From an uncultured Actinomycetota bacterium (GTDB taxonomy: Bacteria; Actinomycetota; Actinomycetes; JAFAQI01): a stretch of 64,000 nucleotides of DNA. Location of the stretch: positions 384,001-448,000 of the forward strand of contig CAVYQE010000011.1 in the NCBI GenBank assembly GCA_963770565.1, given 5' to 3'. Shown piece after piece: positions 49,068 to 59,907 of the stretch. Every line of letters starts with the position of its first letter. The first letter of the stretch is position 1. The translations under genes and the position numbers were made by a program. The notes below the pieces were generated by a model. The model made no database searches. It was not told the origin of the DNA and was given only the letters and a program-made list of their open reading frames with translations.

Positions 49068-50288
49068 ATGCCCTCGACCCTGCCGGACGGTGATCCGGCG
49101 CCCGTCGACGGCGCGCTGCCACCCGAGGCTTTGACCGGTCTGGGCGCGCGGCCGTTCGGCGTCTACGTCCACGTTCCGTACTGCGCAACCCGGTGCGGCT
49201 ACTGCGATTTCAACACATATACGGCGATCGAGCTCGGTGGCGGCGCCTCCCAAGCGTCGTACGCCGGCACCGCGGCCGGGGAGATCGAGTTCGCCCGTCG
49301 GGTGCTGGGCGAGGCCACGGTCGAGGTGTCAACGGTCTTCTTCGGCGGCGGCACACCGACCCTGCTGCCGGCGGCCGACCTGGTCGGCCTGCTCGGGCGG
49401 ATCGACCAGCGGTTCGGCCTGGTCGCCGATGCCGAGGTGACCACCGAGGCCAACCCGGAGTCGGTGACCCCGGCCTCGCTCGAGGCGCTGCGGGAGGGCG
49501 GGTTCACCCGGATCAGCTTCGGGATGCAGTCGGTCGTGCCGCACGTCCTTGCCACCCTTGACCGCCAGCACACGCCGGGACGCGCAGCGGCTGCCGTCCG
49601 CGAAGCGCGCGCGGCTGGCTTCGAGCACGTCAGCGTCGATCTCATCTACGGAACGCCGGGGGAGTCCGACGACGACTGGCGGGCCTCGCTCGCCGCCGCG
49701 ACCGAACTCGACGTGGACCACGTGTCGGCGTACTCGCTCATCGTCGAGCCGGGTACCAGGCTCGCGGCCAGGATCGCCCGCGGCGAGCTGCCGATGACCG
49801 ACGACGACGTCCTTGCCGACCGCTACGAGCTGGCCGACGACGCGCTGAGCGCGGCCGGTCTGCACTGGTACGAGGTCTCGAACTGGACCCGCGGCGCGGG
49901 GAGCCAGGCCCGGCACAACCTGCTCTATTGGACCGGCGGCGACTGGTGGGGGGTCGGGCCGGGTGCCCACAGCCACGTCGGCGGGGTGCGGTGGTGGAAC
50001 GTCAAGCACCCGCGCGACTACGACGCCCGGCTGGCCGCCGGTGCGTCGCCGGCCGCGGCCCGGGAAACGCTCACTGCCGACCAGCGCGAGGTCGAGGAGG
50101 TCATGCTCCGGCTCCGGCTGCGGACCGGCCTGTCGCTGCGCGACCTCAGCGAGCGGGCCGGCGAAGCAGCCGCGGTGGCGCGCGGCGACGGCCTGCTCGA
50201 CCCCGCGGCGTACGACGAGGGCCGGGCGGTGCTGAGCGAGCGCGGGCGGCTACTGGCCGACGCGGTCGTGCGCGATCTGGTCGGATGA
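49068..50288 (+). CDS. hemW: Radical SAM heme chaperone HemW
   Basis: YVHVPYCATRCGYCDF, FFGGGTP, EANP, DLIYG, YEVSNW, HNLLYW; lepA-hemW-hrcA context. Confidence 0.95.
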   Translation: MPSTLPDGDPAPVDGALPPEALTGLGARPFGVYVHVPYCATRCGYCDFNTYTAIELGGGASQASYAGTAAGEIEFARRVLGEATVEVSTVFFGGGTPTLLPAADLVGLLGRIDQRFGLVADAEVTTEANPESVTPASLEALREGGFTRISFGMQSVVPHVLATLDRQHTPGRAAAAVREARAAGFEHVSVDLIYGTPGESDDDWRASLAAATELDVDHVSAYSLIVEPGTRLAARIARGELPMTDDDVLADRYELADDALSAAGLHWYEVSNWTRGAGSQARHNLLYWTGGDWWGVGPGAHSHVGGVRWWNVKHPRDYDARLAAGASPAAARETLTADQREVEEVMLRLRLRTGLSLRDLSERAGEAAAVARGDGLLDPAAYDEGRAVLSERGRLLADAVVRDLVG

Positions 50289-50350
50289 TGTTTGTCCACA
50301 GGTCACCCAACCCAGACATAATGGACATCGAGGCGGGGCACGCTGATGTC

Positions 50351-50428
50351 ATGGCCGATCTCTTCGCGATCGTCGGACTCATCACCGTGAGCCTGCTCGG
50401 CGTCGCCCGGTGGTGGGAAGAGCACTAA
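50351..50428 (+). CDS. Putative 25-aa single-TM peptide MADLFAIVGLITVSLLGVARWWEEH
   Basis: Open frame with hydrophobic core and mostly G/C third positions in a gap between genes; CACGCT -10-like hexamer 6 bp upstream. Confidence 0.45.
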   Translation: MADLFAIVGLITVSLLGVARWWEEH

Positions 50429-50452
50429 CGTCCCGCTAGCGTCACGGTCGAT

Positions 50453-50478
50453 GCAACGTTCGGCCCCCCTGCAGCGTT
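50453..50478 (+). promoter_or_regulatory. ECF autoregulatory promoter
   Basis: GCAAC-N17-CGTT upstream of the sigma gene (GGAGG RBS then GTG 50512). Confidence 0.6.
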
Positions 50479-50511
50479 GTTGAGGGTGGGTCGGCGAGCA
50501 TCGGAGGCACC

Positions 50512-51015
50512 GTGGACGACGCGTCCTTCCAGGAGTACGTCGCCAGCCGTGGCCAGGCCCTGGCCCGGATGGCGTACCTGCTGTCCGGCAGTCACGCCGA
50601 CGCCGACGACCTCGTCCAGGCGGCGCTCGCGAAGGCCTACGCCCGCTGGTCGCACATCTCGACGCTGGATTCGCCGGACGCCTACGTCCGGCGAATCCTC
50701 GCCAACCAGCACGTCTCGTGGTGGCGCTCGCGCCGGCGCGAGCGCCTGACCGACCAGACCCCCGAGGTCGCGGTCGGCGACGCCACTGCCAACCGGGCCG
50801 ACGCCGACCTGGTGCGGGCCGGGGTCCGCGCCTTGCCGCCGCGGCAACGCGCGGCGATCGTCTTCCGCTACTTCGAGGATCTCGACGACGCCGCGATCGC
50901 CGACGCGCTCGGCTGCTCGGTCGGCACTGTCCGCAGCCAGATCTCGCGCGCGCTCGCGACGCTTCGCAGTCAATGCGAGCTGGTTGACCTACTCACCTCC
51001 GGAGGCCCTTCATGA
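50512..51015 (+). CDS. ECF sigma factor, actinobacterial SigE family
   Basis: F.EYV.SR..AL.R.AYLL.G...ADDLVQ.AL.K.Y.RW, LPPRQRA..V.RY.EDL, GTVRSQ.SRAL. Confidence 0.93.
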   Translation: MDDASFQEYVASRGQALARMAYLLSGSHADADDLVQAALAKAYARWSHISTLDSPDAYVRRILANQHVSWWRSRRRERLTDQTPEVAVGDATANRADADLVRAGVRALPPRQRAAIVFRYFEDLDDAAIADALGCSVGTVRSQISRALATLRSQCELVDLLTSGGPS

Positions 51016-51779
51016 CCGATCTCGACGAGCTGATCCGTGAGGTCCTGACCACCGACGCCCAGACGCAACTCCAACCGGATGGGCTGACCGAGCGGAGCAT
51101 GCAGCTCGGGCGACGGCTTCGTCAGCGCCGCCGGTTCGCCTTCGCCTCGGCCGCCCTCGGGTCGGTGGCCGTCCTCGTGGCCGGTTCGCTCGCGATCTCC
51201 GATGCGGTCACCCGCAGTTCGAACCAGGTCGTCGCGCCGGCCGGGCAACTCGGCCATCGCGACCTTCATCCGGTCGGGCCGTGGCGGTCGTGGCCGCGGG
51301 ACCGTGCGTACGGAACCAAGCTTTCGGAGCAGTCATTGACCGACGTGCCGGCATCACAGCTGCTCGCCGGCGGAACGATGACGGACGGGATCCAGTTCAA
51401 GATCTACGCCACTGATCAGAACGCGATGCCGGTCTCCGACATCTTCGGCTTCAGCGACCAGCCGATCTTCGGCGACAACCCCGGCGAGGGCAGCCCACAG
51501 TACCGCCCGGACGCGCCGTACTTTGCGATCGAGGCGATGACCGCGACCACCTGGGACCACGGCAACGAGGACCAGGGCACCGGCCAATGGCTGATCGTCG
51601 CCGCTCAGCCGGGCACCACCTCGGCGTCGTACTCCGCAGACGGCACCACCTGGCAACCGATGCTGCTGCAGAACGGGATCGCCGTCCTCCAGCTCCCCGC
51701 CATCGCACCGCGGGGCGCCCAGCTCGAGCTCAGCGATGCTCAGGGTCCGTACGTCGACGGGCCGCTCGCCATCCTCTGA
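51012..51779 (+). CDS. Putative membrane-anchored anti-sigma factor
   Basis: ATGA-coupled to the sigma gene; short N-terminus, RRLRQRRR then one TM helix and an extracytoplasmic domain. Confidence 0.65.
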   Translation: MTDLDELIREVLTTDAQTQLQPDGLTERSMQLGRRLRQRRRFAFASAALGSVAVLVAGSLAISDAVTRSSNQVVAPAGQLGHRDLHPVGPWRSWPRDRAYGTKLSEQSLTDVPASQLLAGGTMTDGIQFKIYATDQNAMPVSDIFGFSDQPIFGDNPGEGSPQYRPDAPYFAIEAMTATTWDHGNEDQGTGQWLIVAAQPGTTSASYSADGTTWQPMLLQNGIAVLQLPAIAPRGAQLELSDAQGPYVDGPLAIL

Positions 51780-51789
51780 CCCCCAGCCC

Positions 51790-51870
51790 CACGCATGGCC
51801 CATGCGTGGGGCTATCGCCCCACCAATGGGCCATCGGTGTGCCTATGGCCCCACCAATGGGCCATGCGTG
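51790..51870. repeat. 81-bp inverted/direct repeat element
   Basis: Arms CACGCATGGCCCA / TGGGCCATGCGTG; internal GCCCCACCAATGGGCCAT twice; local palindrome GCCCCACGCATGG-C-CCATGCGTGGGGC. Confidence 0.75.
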
Positions 51871-51886
51871 TGGGTGTCATGATGCG

Positions 51887-52540
51887 GTGGTGGTCGACAC
51901 TGCCGAGATCGACGAGGTCGTCGAGGGCGCTCGCGGCGGCCACGCGCGGTTGATCGAGACGATTGCCTTGCTGACCGACGCGCAGGCTCGCAGCCCGTCG
52001 TTGTTGCCCGGCTGGACGGTCGGTCACGTGCTCACCCACATCGCCCGCAACGGCGACTCGCACGTCCGGATGATGCGCGCAGCAATGGCCGGCGAGGCGG
52101 TCACGCAGTACGCCGGCGGGCACGACGAGCGGGTCGCCAACATCGAGGCCGGCGCCGCGCGCCCGGCCGCGGAGCTGATCGCCGATGTCGCCTCGAGCTC
52201 GGCCGCGGTGGATGCCGCCTGGGCCGACATGACCCCGCACGCCTGGGCCGGGCACGGGCTCAACGCGGCCGGCGAGATCTGGCCTTGTGCCGCGATGCCG
52301 CTACACCGCTGGCGCGAGGTCGAGCTCCACCATGTCGACCTCGGCCTCGGTTACGTCCCCGCCGACTGGCCGGATCCGTACGTCGACCGGGAGCTCGCGA
52401 TCAGCGTGCGGCTCATGCCCGAGCGGCTCGATCCGGCCGACCAGCGCCAGGTCCTGGCCTGGCTCGTCGGGCGGTCCGGCGAGCTGGGCGACGTGACGCT
52501 GGCGCCCTGGCAGAACCGTCCGGACCACTACCTGCGCTGA
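51887..52540 (+). CDS. Mycothiol-dependent maleylpyruvate isomerase / DinB family
   Basis: PSLLPGWTVGHVLTHIARN, RWREVELHHVDLG. Confidence 0.88.
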   Translation: MVVDTAEIDEVVEGARGGHARLIETIALLTDAQARSPSLLPGWTVGHVLTHIARNGDSHVRMMRAAMAGEAVTQYAGGHDERVANIEAGAARPAAELIADVASSSAAVDAAWADMTPHAWAGHGLNAAGEIWPCAAMPLHRWREVELHHVDLGLGYVPADWPDPYVDRELAISVRLMPERLDPADQRQVLAWLVGRSGELGDVTLAPWQNRPDHYLR

Positions 52541-52583
52541 GGGGGTGTCGACGCCGCAACGGCAGTCGTACCGCGCCGTACAC

Positions 52584-52610
52584 TTGGCACTCAGGACAAC
52601 TGAGTGCCAG
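52584..52610. promoter_or_regulatory. CIRCE element (HrcA operator)
   Basis: TTGGCACTC-N9-GAGTGCCAG abutting a TACACT -10, upstream of hrcA. Confidence 0.95.
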
Positions 52611-52642
52611 ACCGGCGCCAGGACCACTCGAGGAGGGTCGCG

Positions 52643-53668
52643 ATGCTCGACGACCGCAAGCTCGAGGTGCTGCGCGCCATCGTCGAGGACTACGTCTCGA
52701 CCAACGAGCCGGTCGGGTCGAAGGTGCTGGTCGAACGGCACCACCTCGGCGTCTCGCCGGCGACGATCCGCAACGACATGGGCGCCCTCGAGGACGACGG
52801 CTACATCACCCAGCCACACACGAGCGCGGGGCGGGTGCCGACCGACAAGGGCTACCGGCTGTTCGTCGACAAGCTCTCGACCGTCAAGCCGCTGACGCCG
52901 CCCGAGCGCCGGGCGATCGAGGAGTTCTTGCGCGGCGCGGTCGACCTCGAGGACGTCGTCAACCGCAGCGTCCGGCTGCTGGCGCAGCTGACCCGTCAGG
53001 TCGCGGTCGTGCAATACCCGTCGCTGTCGCGGTCGTCGGTCCGCCACCTGGAGATCGTCCGGCTGTCCGAGACCCGGCTGATGATCGTGCTGATCACCGA
53101 CACCGGGCGGGTCGAGCAACGCGTGGTCGAGCTCCCCAACCCGCTGTCCGAGGACGAGGTCGGCGACCTGCGCACCGCCTTCAACTCACGGATGGCCGGG
53201 CGGCCGCTCATCGACGCGGCCGGCCTGCTCACCGATCTGCCCGAGACCGTTCCGGCGCCCGCGCGCCCGACCGTGGTCGCGGTGCTCTCGACCGTCCTCG
53301 AGACGCTGGTGGAGCGGGTCGACGAGCGGGTGGTGCTGGCCGGCACGGCCAACCTCGCGCGCGGCGGCGCCCTCGACTTCCCCGGCACGATCCGGCCGGT
53401 ACTGGAAGCGCTCGAAGAGCACGTCGTCCTGCTCCGGCTGCTCGGCGAGGCCCGCGATCCGCAGACCGTGCACGTCAGCATCGGCGGCGAGAACACCCAC
53501 GAGGGCCTGCAGACGGCGTCGGTGGTGACCACCGGCTACGGCGCCGACGGTTCGGTGTCGCTCGCCTCGCTCGGTGTGGTCGGACCGACCCGGATGGACT
53601 ACCCCGGCACGATGGGGGCGGTGCGCGCAGTCGCGAGGTACGTCGGCCAGATCCTCGCCGAGTCCTGA
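52643..53668 (+). CDS. hrcA: Heat-inducible repressor HrcA
   Basis: [10 protein letters not shown]...[37 protein letters not shown]; GGAGG RBS. Confidence 0.97.
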   Translation: MLDDRKLEVLRAIVEDYVSTNEPVGSKVLVERHHLGVSPATIRNDMGALEDDGYITQPHTSAGRVPTDKGYRLFVDKLSTVKPLTPPERRAIEEFLRGAVDLEDVVNRSVRLLAQLTRQVAVVQYPSLSRSSVRHLEIVRLSETRLMIVLITDTGRVEQRVVELPNPLSEDEVGDLRTAFNSRMAGRPLIDAAGLLTDLPETVPAPARPTVVAVLSTVLETLVERVDERVVLAGTANLARGGALDFPGTIRPVLEALEEHVVLLRLLGEARDPQTVHVSIGGENTHEGLQTASVVTTGYGADGSVSLASLGVVGPTRMDYPGTMGAVRAVARYVGQILAES

Positions 53669-53677
53669 GGCCGGGCC

Positions 53678-54826
<1,149 letters not shown>

Positions 54827-54838
54827 CCGGATGCGGGA

Positions 54839-54899
54839 GTTGATCATGGCGAAGCGCGTCAAGATCGGCACGATCTTCGCGCATTTCGCCATGATCAAC
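54839..54899. repeat. 61-bp GTTGATCATG inverted-repeat element, copy 2
   Basis: GTTGATCATGGCGAA-N31-TTCGCCATGATCAAC, same arms and spacer length as 39150-39210. Confidence 0.85.
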
Positions 54900-54901
54900 T
54901 C

Positions 54902-55624
54902 GTGACGGCTCCGCTGTTCTTTGCCGAGGTCGGCTCGGCCGGTTCCGGTTCTGAGCTCGTGGTCGGCGGCGACGAGGGGCGGCACGCGGCCGATGTCCGG
55001 CGGCTTCGAGTCGGTGAACTCATCGATCTGACCGACGGCGCCGGCACCCTGCTGCACGCGGTGGTCGCCGAGGTACGGCGCGGTGAGCTGACCGTGACGG
55101 TGCGGGAGCGCGTGCAGGTCCCGCCGCAGACGCCTCGTCTCACCGTTGCCCAAGCGCTGGCACGAGGCGGACGGGACGAGCAGGCGGTCGAGACGATGAC
55201 CGAGATCGGTGTCGACCACGTCGTCGGCTGGGAGGCGCACCGCGGGGTGGCTCGCTGGACCGACCGCAGCGCGGCCAAGTGGACCGCGACCGCCCGGGCC
55301 GCGGCGAAGCAGTCGCGGCGCGCATGGTGCCCGCAGATCAGTGGCCCGGCCACGACCGCCGAGGTCGCCGATCTGTGTCGCCGGGCCGACCTCGCCGTGA
55401 TCCTGCACGAGGGCGCGACCCGGCCGATCGGCTCGCTGGCATACGGAGCTGTTGCTGACATCGTCGTCGTAGTCGGTCCGGAGGGCGGGATCGACGACGG
55501 CGAGTTGGCCGGGCTGGAAGCCGCCGGCGGTCAGGTCGTCCGGCTGGGCCCGACCGTGCTGCGCAGCTCGACCGCGGGGGCGGCCGCGCTGGCCGTGATC
55601 TGCGCCGCTACCCGCTGGGCATGA
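54902..55624 (+). CDS. rsmE: 16S rRNA m3U1498 methyltransferase
   Basis: EGRHAA.VRRL..GE, TEIGVD, AAKQSRR, VGPEGG, LGPTVLR..TA. Confidence 0.95.
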   Translation: MTAPLFFAEVGSAGSGSELVVGGDEGRHAADVRRLRVGELIDLTDGAGTLLHAVVAEVRRGELTVTVRERVQVPPQTPRLTVAQALARGGRDEQAVETMTEIGVDHVVGWEAHRGVARWTDRSAAKWTATARAAAKQSRRAWCPQISGPATTAEVADLCRRADLAVILHEGATRPIGSLAYGAVADIVVVVGPEGGIDDGELAGLEAAGGQVVRLGPTVLRSSTAGAAALAVICAATRWA

Positions 55625-55641
55625 GTCGTTAGGCTCGCAGG

Positions 55642-55992
55642 GTGGCCGATTCCGACTGCGTGTTCTGCAAGATCGCCGCGGGGGAGATTCCCGCCGAGAT
55701 CGTCGCCGAGTCCGACGCCGCGGTCGCCTTTCGCGACCTCTCGCCGGAGGCGCCGATTCATGTGCTGGTGATCCCGCGCGACCACTACGCCAATATCGCC
55801 GAGGTGGCCGCCGCCGACGACGCGGTGGTCGCCGCCATGGTGCGCCTCGCCGCGGAGGTGGCCGAGATCGACGGCATCGCCGAGACCGGCTACCGGCTGG
55901 TGGCCAACACGAACGCCGACGCGCATCAGACCGTCTTCCACGCCCACCTTCACCTGCTCGGCGGTCGGCGAATGGGCTGGCCGCCGGGCTAG
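55642..55992 (+). CDS. HIT-family nucleotide-binding protein
   Basis: CVFCKI, AFRD..P.AP.H.LVIP, QTVFHAHLHLLGG. Confidence 0.95.
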   Translation: MADSDCVFCKIAAGEIPAEIVAESDAAVAFRDLSPEAPIHVLVIPRDHYANIAEVAAADDAVVAAMVRLAAEVAEIDGIAETGYRLVANTNADAHQTVFHAHLHLLGGRRMGWPPG

Positions 55993-56152
55993 TGCCCCAT
56001 CAACCAACGCCTGGCCTGTTGCGCGACGCCCAGGCGGCGACCGGCGGCGTTCTCGTCGGCCCCGATGGCGCTGCCATCGCGACCTCCTCGGCCTTGCCGC
56101 TCATCCACCTGGCCGCCGCTCACGACGGCCAACGTTGGTCGATGGGGCACAG
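55989..56152. repeat. ERIC-like / MITE-like palindromic element, copy 2
   Basis: Arms GTGCCCCATCAACCAACG / CGTTGGTCGATGGGGCAC (1 mismatch), starting at CTAG of the HIT stop; core GCGTTCTCGTCG-hairpin-CCTCCTCGGCCTTGC. Confidence 0.8.
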
Positions 56153-56208
56153 CGCCCGGGATAATCCGGGCGTAGGGCACCCGCCGGGCATTAGCATCGG
56201 ATGTGACC

Positions 56209-57243
56209 ATGGCAGAGCGGGCAGGGACGACGTCGACGCTGATTGTCGTGCCCGGCGCGCAGAGCATGGTGGCGTTGCTCGGCTCGAGCGACGAGTTGCT
56301 GCGGTTGATCGAGCGGTCGTTCTCCTGCGACATTCACGTTCGCGGCAACGAGATCACGCTGTCCGGCGACCCGATCGAGGTCGCGGTGGCCGCCCGCCTG
56401 TTCGCCGAACTGATGACCTTGCTGGAGCGCGGCGAGGTGCTGACGCCCGACGCGGTCCTGCGCTCGATCACGATGTTGCGGGAGCAGACCGACGAGCGCC
56501 CGGCCGACGTACTCAGCCTCAACATCATCTCCAGTCGGGGCCGCACGATCCGGCCGAAGACGTTGAACCAGAAGCGGTACGTCGACGCGATCGACGACCA
56601 CACGATCGTCTTCGGGATCGGGCCGGCCGGCACCGGCAAGACCTACCTCGCGATGGCCAAGGCGGTGCAGGCGCTGCAGTCGAAGGCGGTCAACCGGATC
56701 ATCCTGACCCGGCCGGCGGTCGAGGCCGGCGAGCGGCTGGGCTTCCTGCCCGGGACGCTCAACGAGAAGATCGACCCCTACCTTCGCCCGTTGTACGACG
56801 CGCTTCACGACATGATCGACCCGGACTCGATTCCGCGGCTGATGGCGTCGGGCGTGATCGAGGTGGCACCGCTTGCCTACATGCGCGGCCGCACCCTCAA
56901 CGACTCGTTCATCGTGCTCGACGAGGCGCAGAACACCAGTGCCGAGCAGATGAAGATGTTCCTGACCCGGCTCGGCTTCGGCGCCAAGATGGTCGTCACC
57001 GGCGACGTCACGCAGATCGACCTCCCAGCCGGCACCCGCAGCGGGTTGCAGATCGTCCAGGAGATCCTCGACGGCATCGAGGACGTGTCGTTCTGCCGAC
57101 TGACCTCGCGCGACGTCGTCCGGCACCGGCTGGTGAGTGACATCGTCGATGCGTATGCGCGATTCGACGCGCAGTCGGCCGCATCGTCTGCACCGCCGCG
57201 CGGCCAGCAGGGACCGCGGCGCCAGTCGCGGTCCGGCCGCTGA
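56209..57243 (+). CDS. phoH: PhoH-family ATPase
   Basis: [51 protein letters not shown]. Confidence 0.96.
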   Translation: MAERAGTTSTLIVVPGAQSMVALLGSSDELLRLIERSFSCDIHVRGNEITLSGDPIEVAVAARLFAELMTLLERGEVLTPDAVLRSITMLREQTDERPADVLSLNIISSRGRTIRPKTLNQKRYVDAIDDHTIVFGIGPAGTGKTYLAMAKAVQALQSKAVNRIILTRPAVEAGERLGFLPGTLNEKIDPYLRPLYDALHDMIDPDSIPRLMASGVIEVAPLAYMRGRTLNDSFIVLDEAQNTSAEQMKMFLTRLGFGAKMVVTGDVTQIDLPAGTRSGLQIVQEILDGIEDVSFCRLTSRDVVRHRLVSDIVDAYARFDAQSAASSAPPRGQQGPRRQSRSGR

Positions 57244-57292
57244 CCGGCGCCGGTGGCGCAGCGACCGGTGGTCATCCGATGAACGGTGAGCC

Positions 57293-57760
57293 GTGAGTAT
57301 CGAGGTTGCCAACGAGTCCGGGGCCGAGGTCGACGAGCGCCGGCTGGAGCGGCTCGCCCGCTTCGTGCTCGACGAGTTCGGCGTCGATCCGCTGGTCGAG
57401 CTGTCGATCCGGTTGGTGGACGTCGAGGCGATGACCGCGTTGCACGTGCACTTCATGGACGAGCCGGGACCGACCGACGTACTCGCCTTCCCGATGGACG
57501 AGCTGCACGACCACCGTGACGACGTCGACAGCCCGGACGCGCCGCCCACATTGCTCGGCGACGTGGTGCTGTGCCCGCCGGTCGCTGCAGAGCAGGCGCG
57601 GGCGGCCGGCCACCCGACCGAGGCCGAGCTCGACCTGCTCTGCGCCCATGGCATCTTGCATCTGCTCGGTTATGACCACGCCGATCCGGATCAGGAGAAG
57701 GAGATGTTCGGTCAGCAGACCCGGTTGTTGACCGGCTGGTCCGTGGTGCGTCAACTGTGA
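57293..57760 (+). CDS. ybeY: rRNA maturation RNase YbeY
   Basis: PTDVLAF, LGDVV, HGILHLLGYDH. Confidence 0.96.
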   Translation: MSIEVANESGAEVDERRLERLARFVLDEFGVDPLVELSIRLVDVEAMTALHVHFMDEPGPTDVLAFPMDELHDHRDDVDSPDAPPTLLGDVVLCPPVAAEQARAAGHPTEAELDLLCAHGILHLLGYDHADPDQEKEMFGQQTRLLTGWSVVRQL

Positions 57761-59043
57761 CCGCGGCCGACGTCTGGGCGCTGATCCTGGCCGGCGCACT
57801 GGTTGCGGCGGCGGCGTTGTTCGGCGCGAGCGAAGCCGCTCTTGCCCACGTGTCGAGGTTGCGGGTCGAAGACCTGGTGCGTGACCGCCGGCGCGGGTCG
57901 GCACTGCTGTCGAAGGTCGTTGCGGACGCGGCCCAACCGCTGAACGTGCTGCTCCTCGTGCGCACGGTGGCGGAGATGGTGGCGACCACGTTGGTGGCCG
58001 TGGTCTGTGACCGGCAGCTCCCGGCGGCCTGGGAGGCGGTGCTGATCGCCGGTGTCGGCATGGCGCTGGTGCACTACGTCGTCGTGGGTGTCGGTGCGCG
58101 CAGCATCGGGCGACAGCACGCCAGCCGGGTCGGCCTGTGGTCGGCCGGCATCGTGCTGTGGCTCACTCGGGCGCTCGGCCCGCTTCCGAAGGTCCTGATC
58201 GGGGTTGGCAGCGCGCTGATCCCGGGTCACGTCGCGCGCGACGCCGGGTTCACCTCGGAGGCCGAGCTGCGCGATCTCGTCGACCTGGCCGAGGAGCGGC
58301 AGGTGATCGAGAGCGGCGAGCGCGAGATGATCCACTCCGTCTTCGAGCTGGGCGAGACGATCGCGCGCGAAGTGATGGTGCCGCGCACCGACATGGTCTG
58401 GATCGAGCAGGGAAAGTCGGTGCGGCAGGCGTTCTCGCTCGCCCTGCGCAGCGGCTTCTCCCGGATCCCGGTGGTCGGCGTCAACGAGGACGACGTCGTC
58501 GGCGTTGCCTACCTCAAGGACCTCGCCCGCACGGCGTACGACGGCGACGGGCAGAGCAGTGAGCGGATCACCGAGGTCATGCGGCCGGCGTACTTCATCC
58601 CCGACTCCAAGCCGGTCGACGAGCTGCTGCGCGAGATGCAGGCCAAGCAGGTGCACTTCGCGATCGTGATCGACGAGTACGGCGGCACCGCCGGCCTGGT
58701 CACGATCGAGGACATCCTCGAGGAGATCGTCGGCGAGATCGCCGACGAGTACGACCGCGAGGCGCCCCGGGTCGAGCGGCTCGACGACGGCCGGGTGCGG
58801 GTCAACGTGCGGCTGCCGATCGACGACCTCGAGGAGATGTTCGATGTCAGTTTCGATCTGGAGGACGTCGACACCGTCGGCGGGTTGCTCGCCGCAGAGC
58901 TCGGCCGGGTGCCGATTCCGGGCGCGAGCGTGACGGCGCAGGGCCTGACCTTCTTCGCCGAGGGCGCCAAGGGCCGGCGCCGGCAGATCGGCACGGTGCT
59001 GATCACCCGCGAAGCCGCCACCGACGGGTCAGCCGCCGGCTAG
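57757..59043 (+). CDS. Hemolysin-family CNNM-CBS-CorC protein
   Basis: N-terminal TMs, REVMVPRTDM, GFSRIPV, DEYGGTAGLVTIEDILEEIVGEI.DEYD. Confidence 0.93.
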   Translation: MTAADVWALILAGALVAAAALFGASEAALAHVSRLRVEDLVRDRRRGSALLSKVVADAAQPLNVLLLVRTVAEMVATTLVAVVCDRQLPAAWEAVLIAGVGMALVHYVVVGVGARSIGRQHASRVGLWSAGIVLWLTRALGPLPKVLIGVGSALIPGHVARDAGFTSEAELRDLVDLAEERQVIESGEREMIHSVFELGETIAREVMVPRTDMVWIEQGKSVRQAFSLALRSGFSRIPVVGVNEDDVVGVAYLKDLARTAYDGDGQSSERITEVMRPAYFIPDSKPVDELLREMQAKQVHFAIVIDEYGGTAGLVTIEDILEEIVGEIADEYDREAPRVERLDDGRVRVNVRLPIDDLEEMFDVSFDLEDVDTVGGLLAAELGRVPIPGASVTAQGLTFFAEGAKGRRRQIGTVLITREAATDGSAAG

Positions 59044-59127
59044 GTCGACGATCCTGGCGCCGCGCAGCCGAGCATGGATTGTCAGACACGACCTAGACCA
59101 GGCCGGCGTGGGTGCGATGCTGCCCGG

Positions 59128-59856
59128 ATGGATCCTGGCGGCGTGCCGGCGGTGGCGCCCGGGTTGGACGGCCGGGTGCTGTTCGACCAGCGGTGGACCG
59201 ATCTCGCCTTTCTGCACTGGCCGGTGGATCCGGACCTGGTCGCCCGGTTCCTCCCGGTCGGGGTGGAGCCCGACGTCATCGACGGGGTCACCTACGTCGG
59301 GCTGATCCCGTTCCACATGCGCGCGGCCGGCGCGGGCCGCGGTCATCCTGCGCCGTACCTTGGGGACTTCCTCGAGACCAACGTCCGGCTCTACAGCGTC
59401 GATGCAGCGGGCCGGCACGGGGTGGTGTTCCGCAGCCTCGAAGCCAGCCGGCTCGTCACCGTCCTGGCGGCGAGGTGGGGGTATCGGCTGCCGTACGTGT
59501 GGTCGCGGATGCGGGTGGAGCGCGACGGCGACACCTGGGTCTGGTCGAGCCGGCGCCGATGGCCGGATCGCGGGCTGCAGACCCGGCTCGCGGTCCGGGT
59601 CGGCGCACCGCTCGATGACCCGACGCCGCTCGACATCTGGCTGACGGCCCGGTGGGGCCTGCACCACCGGGCCGCCGGGCGCACGATCTGGACCCCGAAC
59701 GAGCACATCCCCTGGCCGTTATGTACGGCGGAAGTGCTCGAGGTCTCCGACGAGCTGGTGGCGGCGGCGGGGATCGACGTCGACGGCGCGCCACCGGTCC
59801 CGACCCGGTTCAGCACGGGTGTCCGGACCGTCTTCGGCTGGCCGAGACCGATCTGA
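59128..59856 (+). CDS. DUF2071 (YqjF-like) protein
   Basis: QRWTDLAFLHW, FLETNVRLY, GVVFRSLEA, LTARWG, H.PWPL. Confidence 0.85.
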   Translation: MDPGGVPAVAPGLDGRVLFDQRWTDLAFLHWPVDPDLVARFLPVGVEPDVIDGVTYVGLIPFHMRAAGAGRGHPAPYLGDFLETNVRLYSVDAAGRHGVVFRSLEASRLVTVLAARWGYRLPYVWSRMRVERDGDTWVWSSRRRWPDRGLQTRLAVRVGAPLDDPTPLDIWLTARWGLHHRAAGRTIWTPNEHIPWPLCTAEVLEVSDELVAAAGIDVDGAPPVPTRFSTGVRTVFGWPRPI

Positions 59857-59907
59857 GCCCGGCCCGCCTTCGCCGGCGGCGGCTCGGTTGTCCGTAACCT
59901 GGGATCC

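Noticed and set aside
38140-50300. DnaA-box-like words as a replication origin
   Set aside because: Only scattered boxes, no dense cluster, AT-rich unwinding region or dnaA/dnaN genes.
55989-56333. 114-aa minus-strand ORF between hit and phoH
   Set aside because: It consists of the palindromic repeat element plus antisense phoH sequence.
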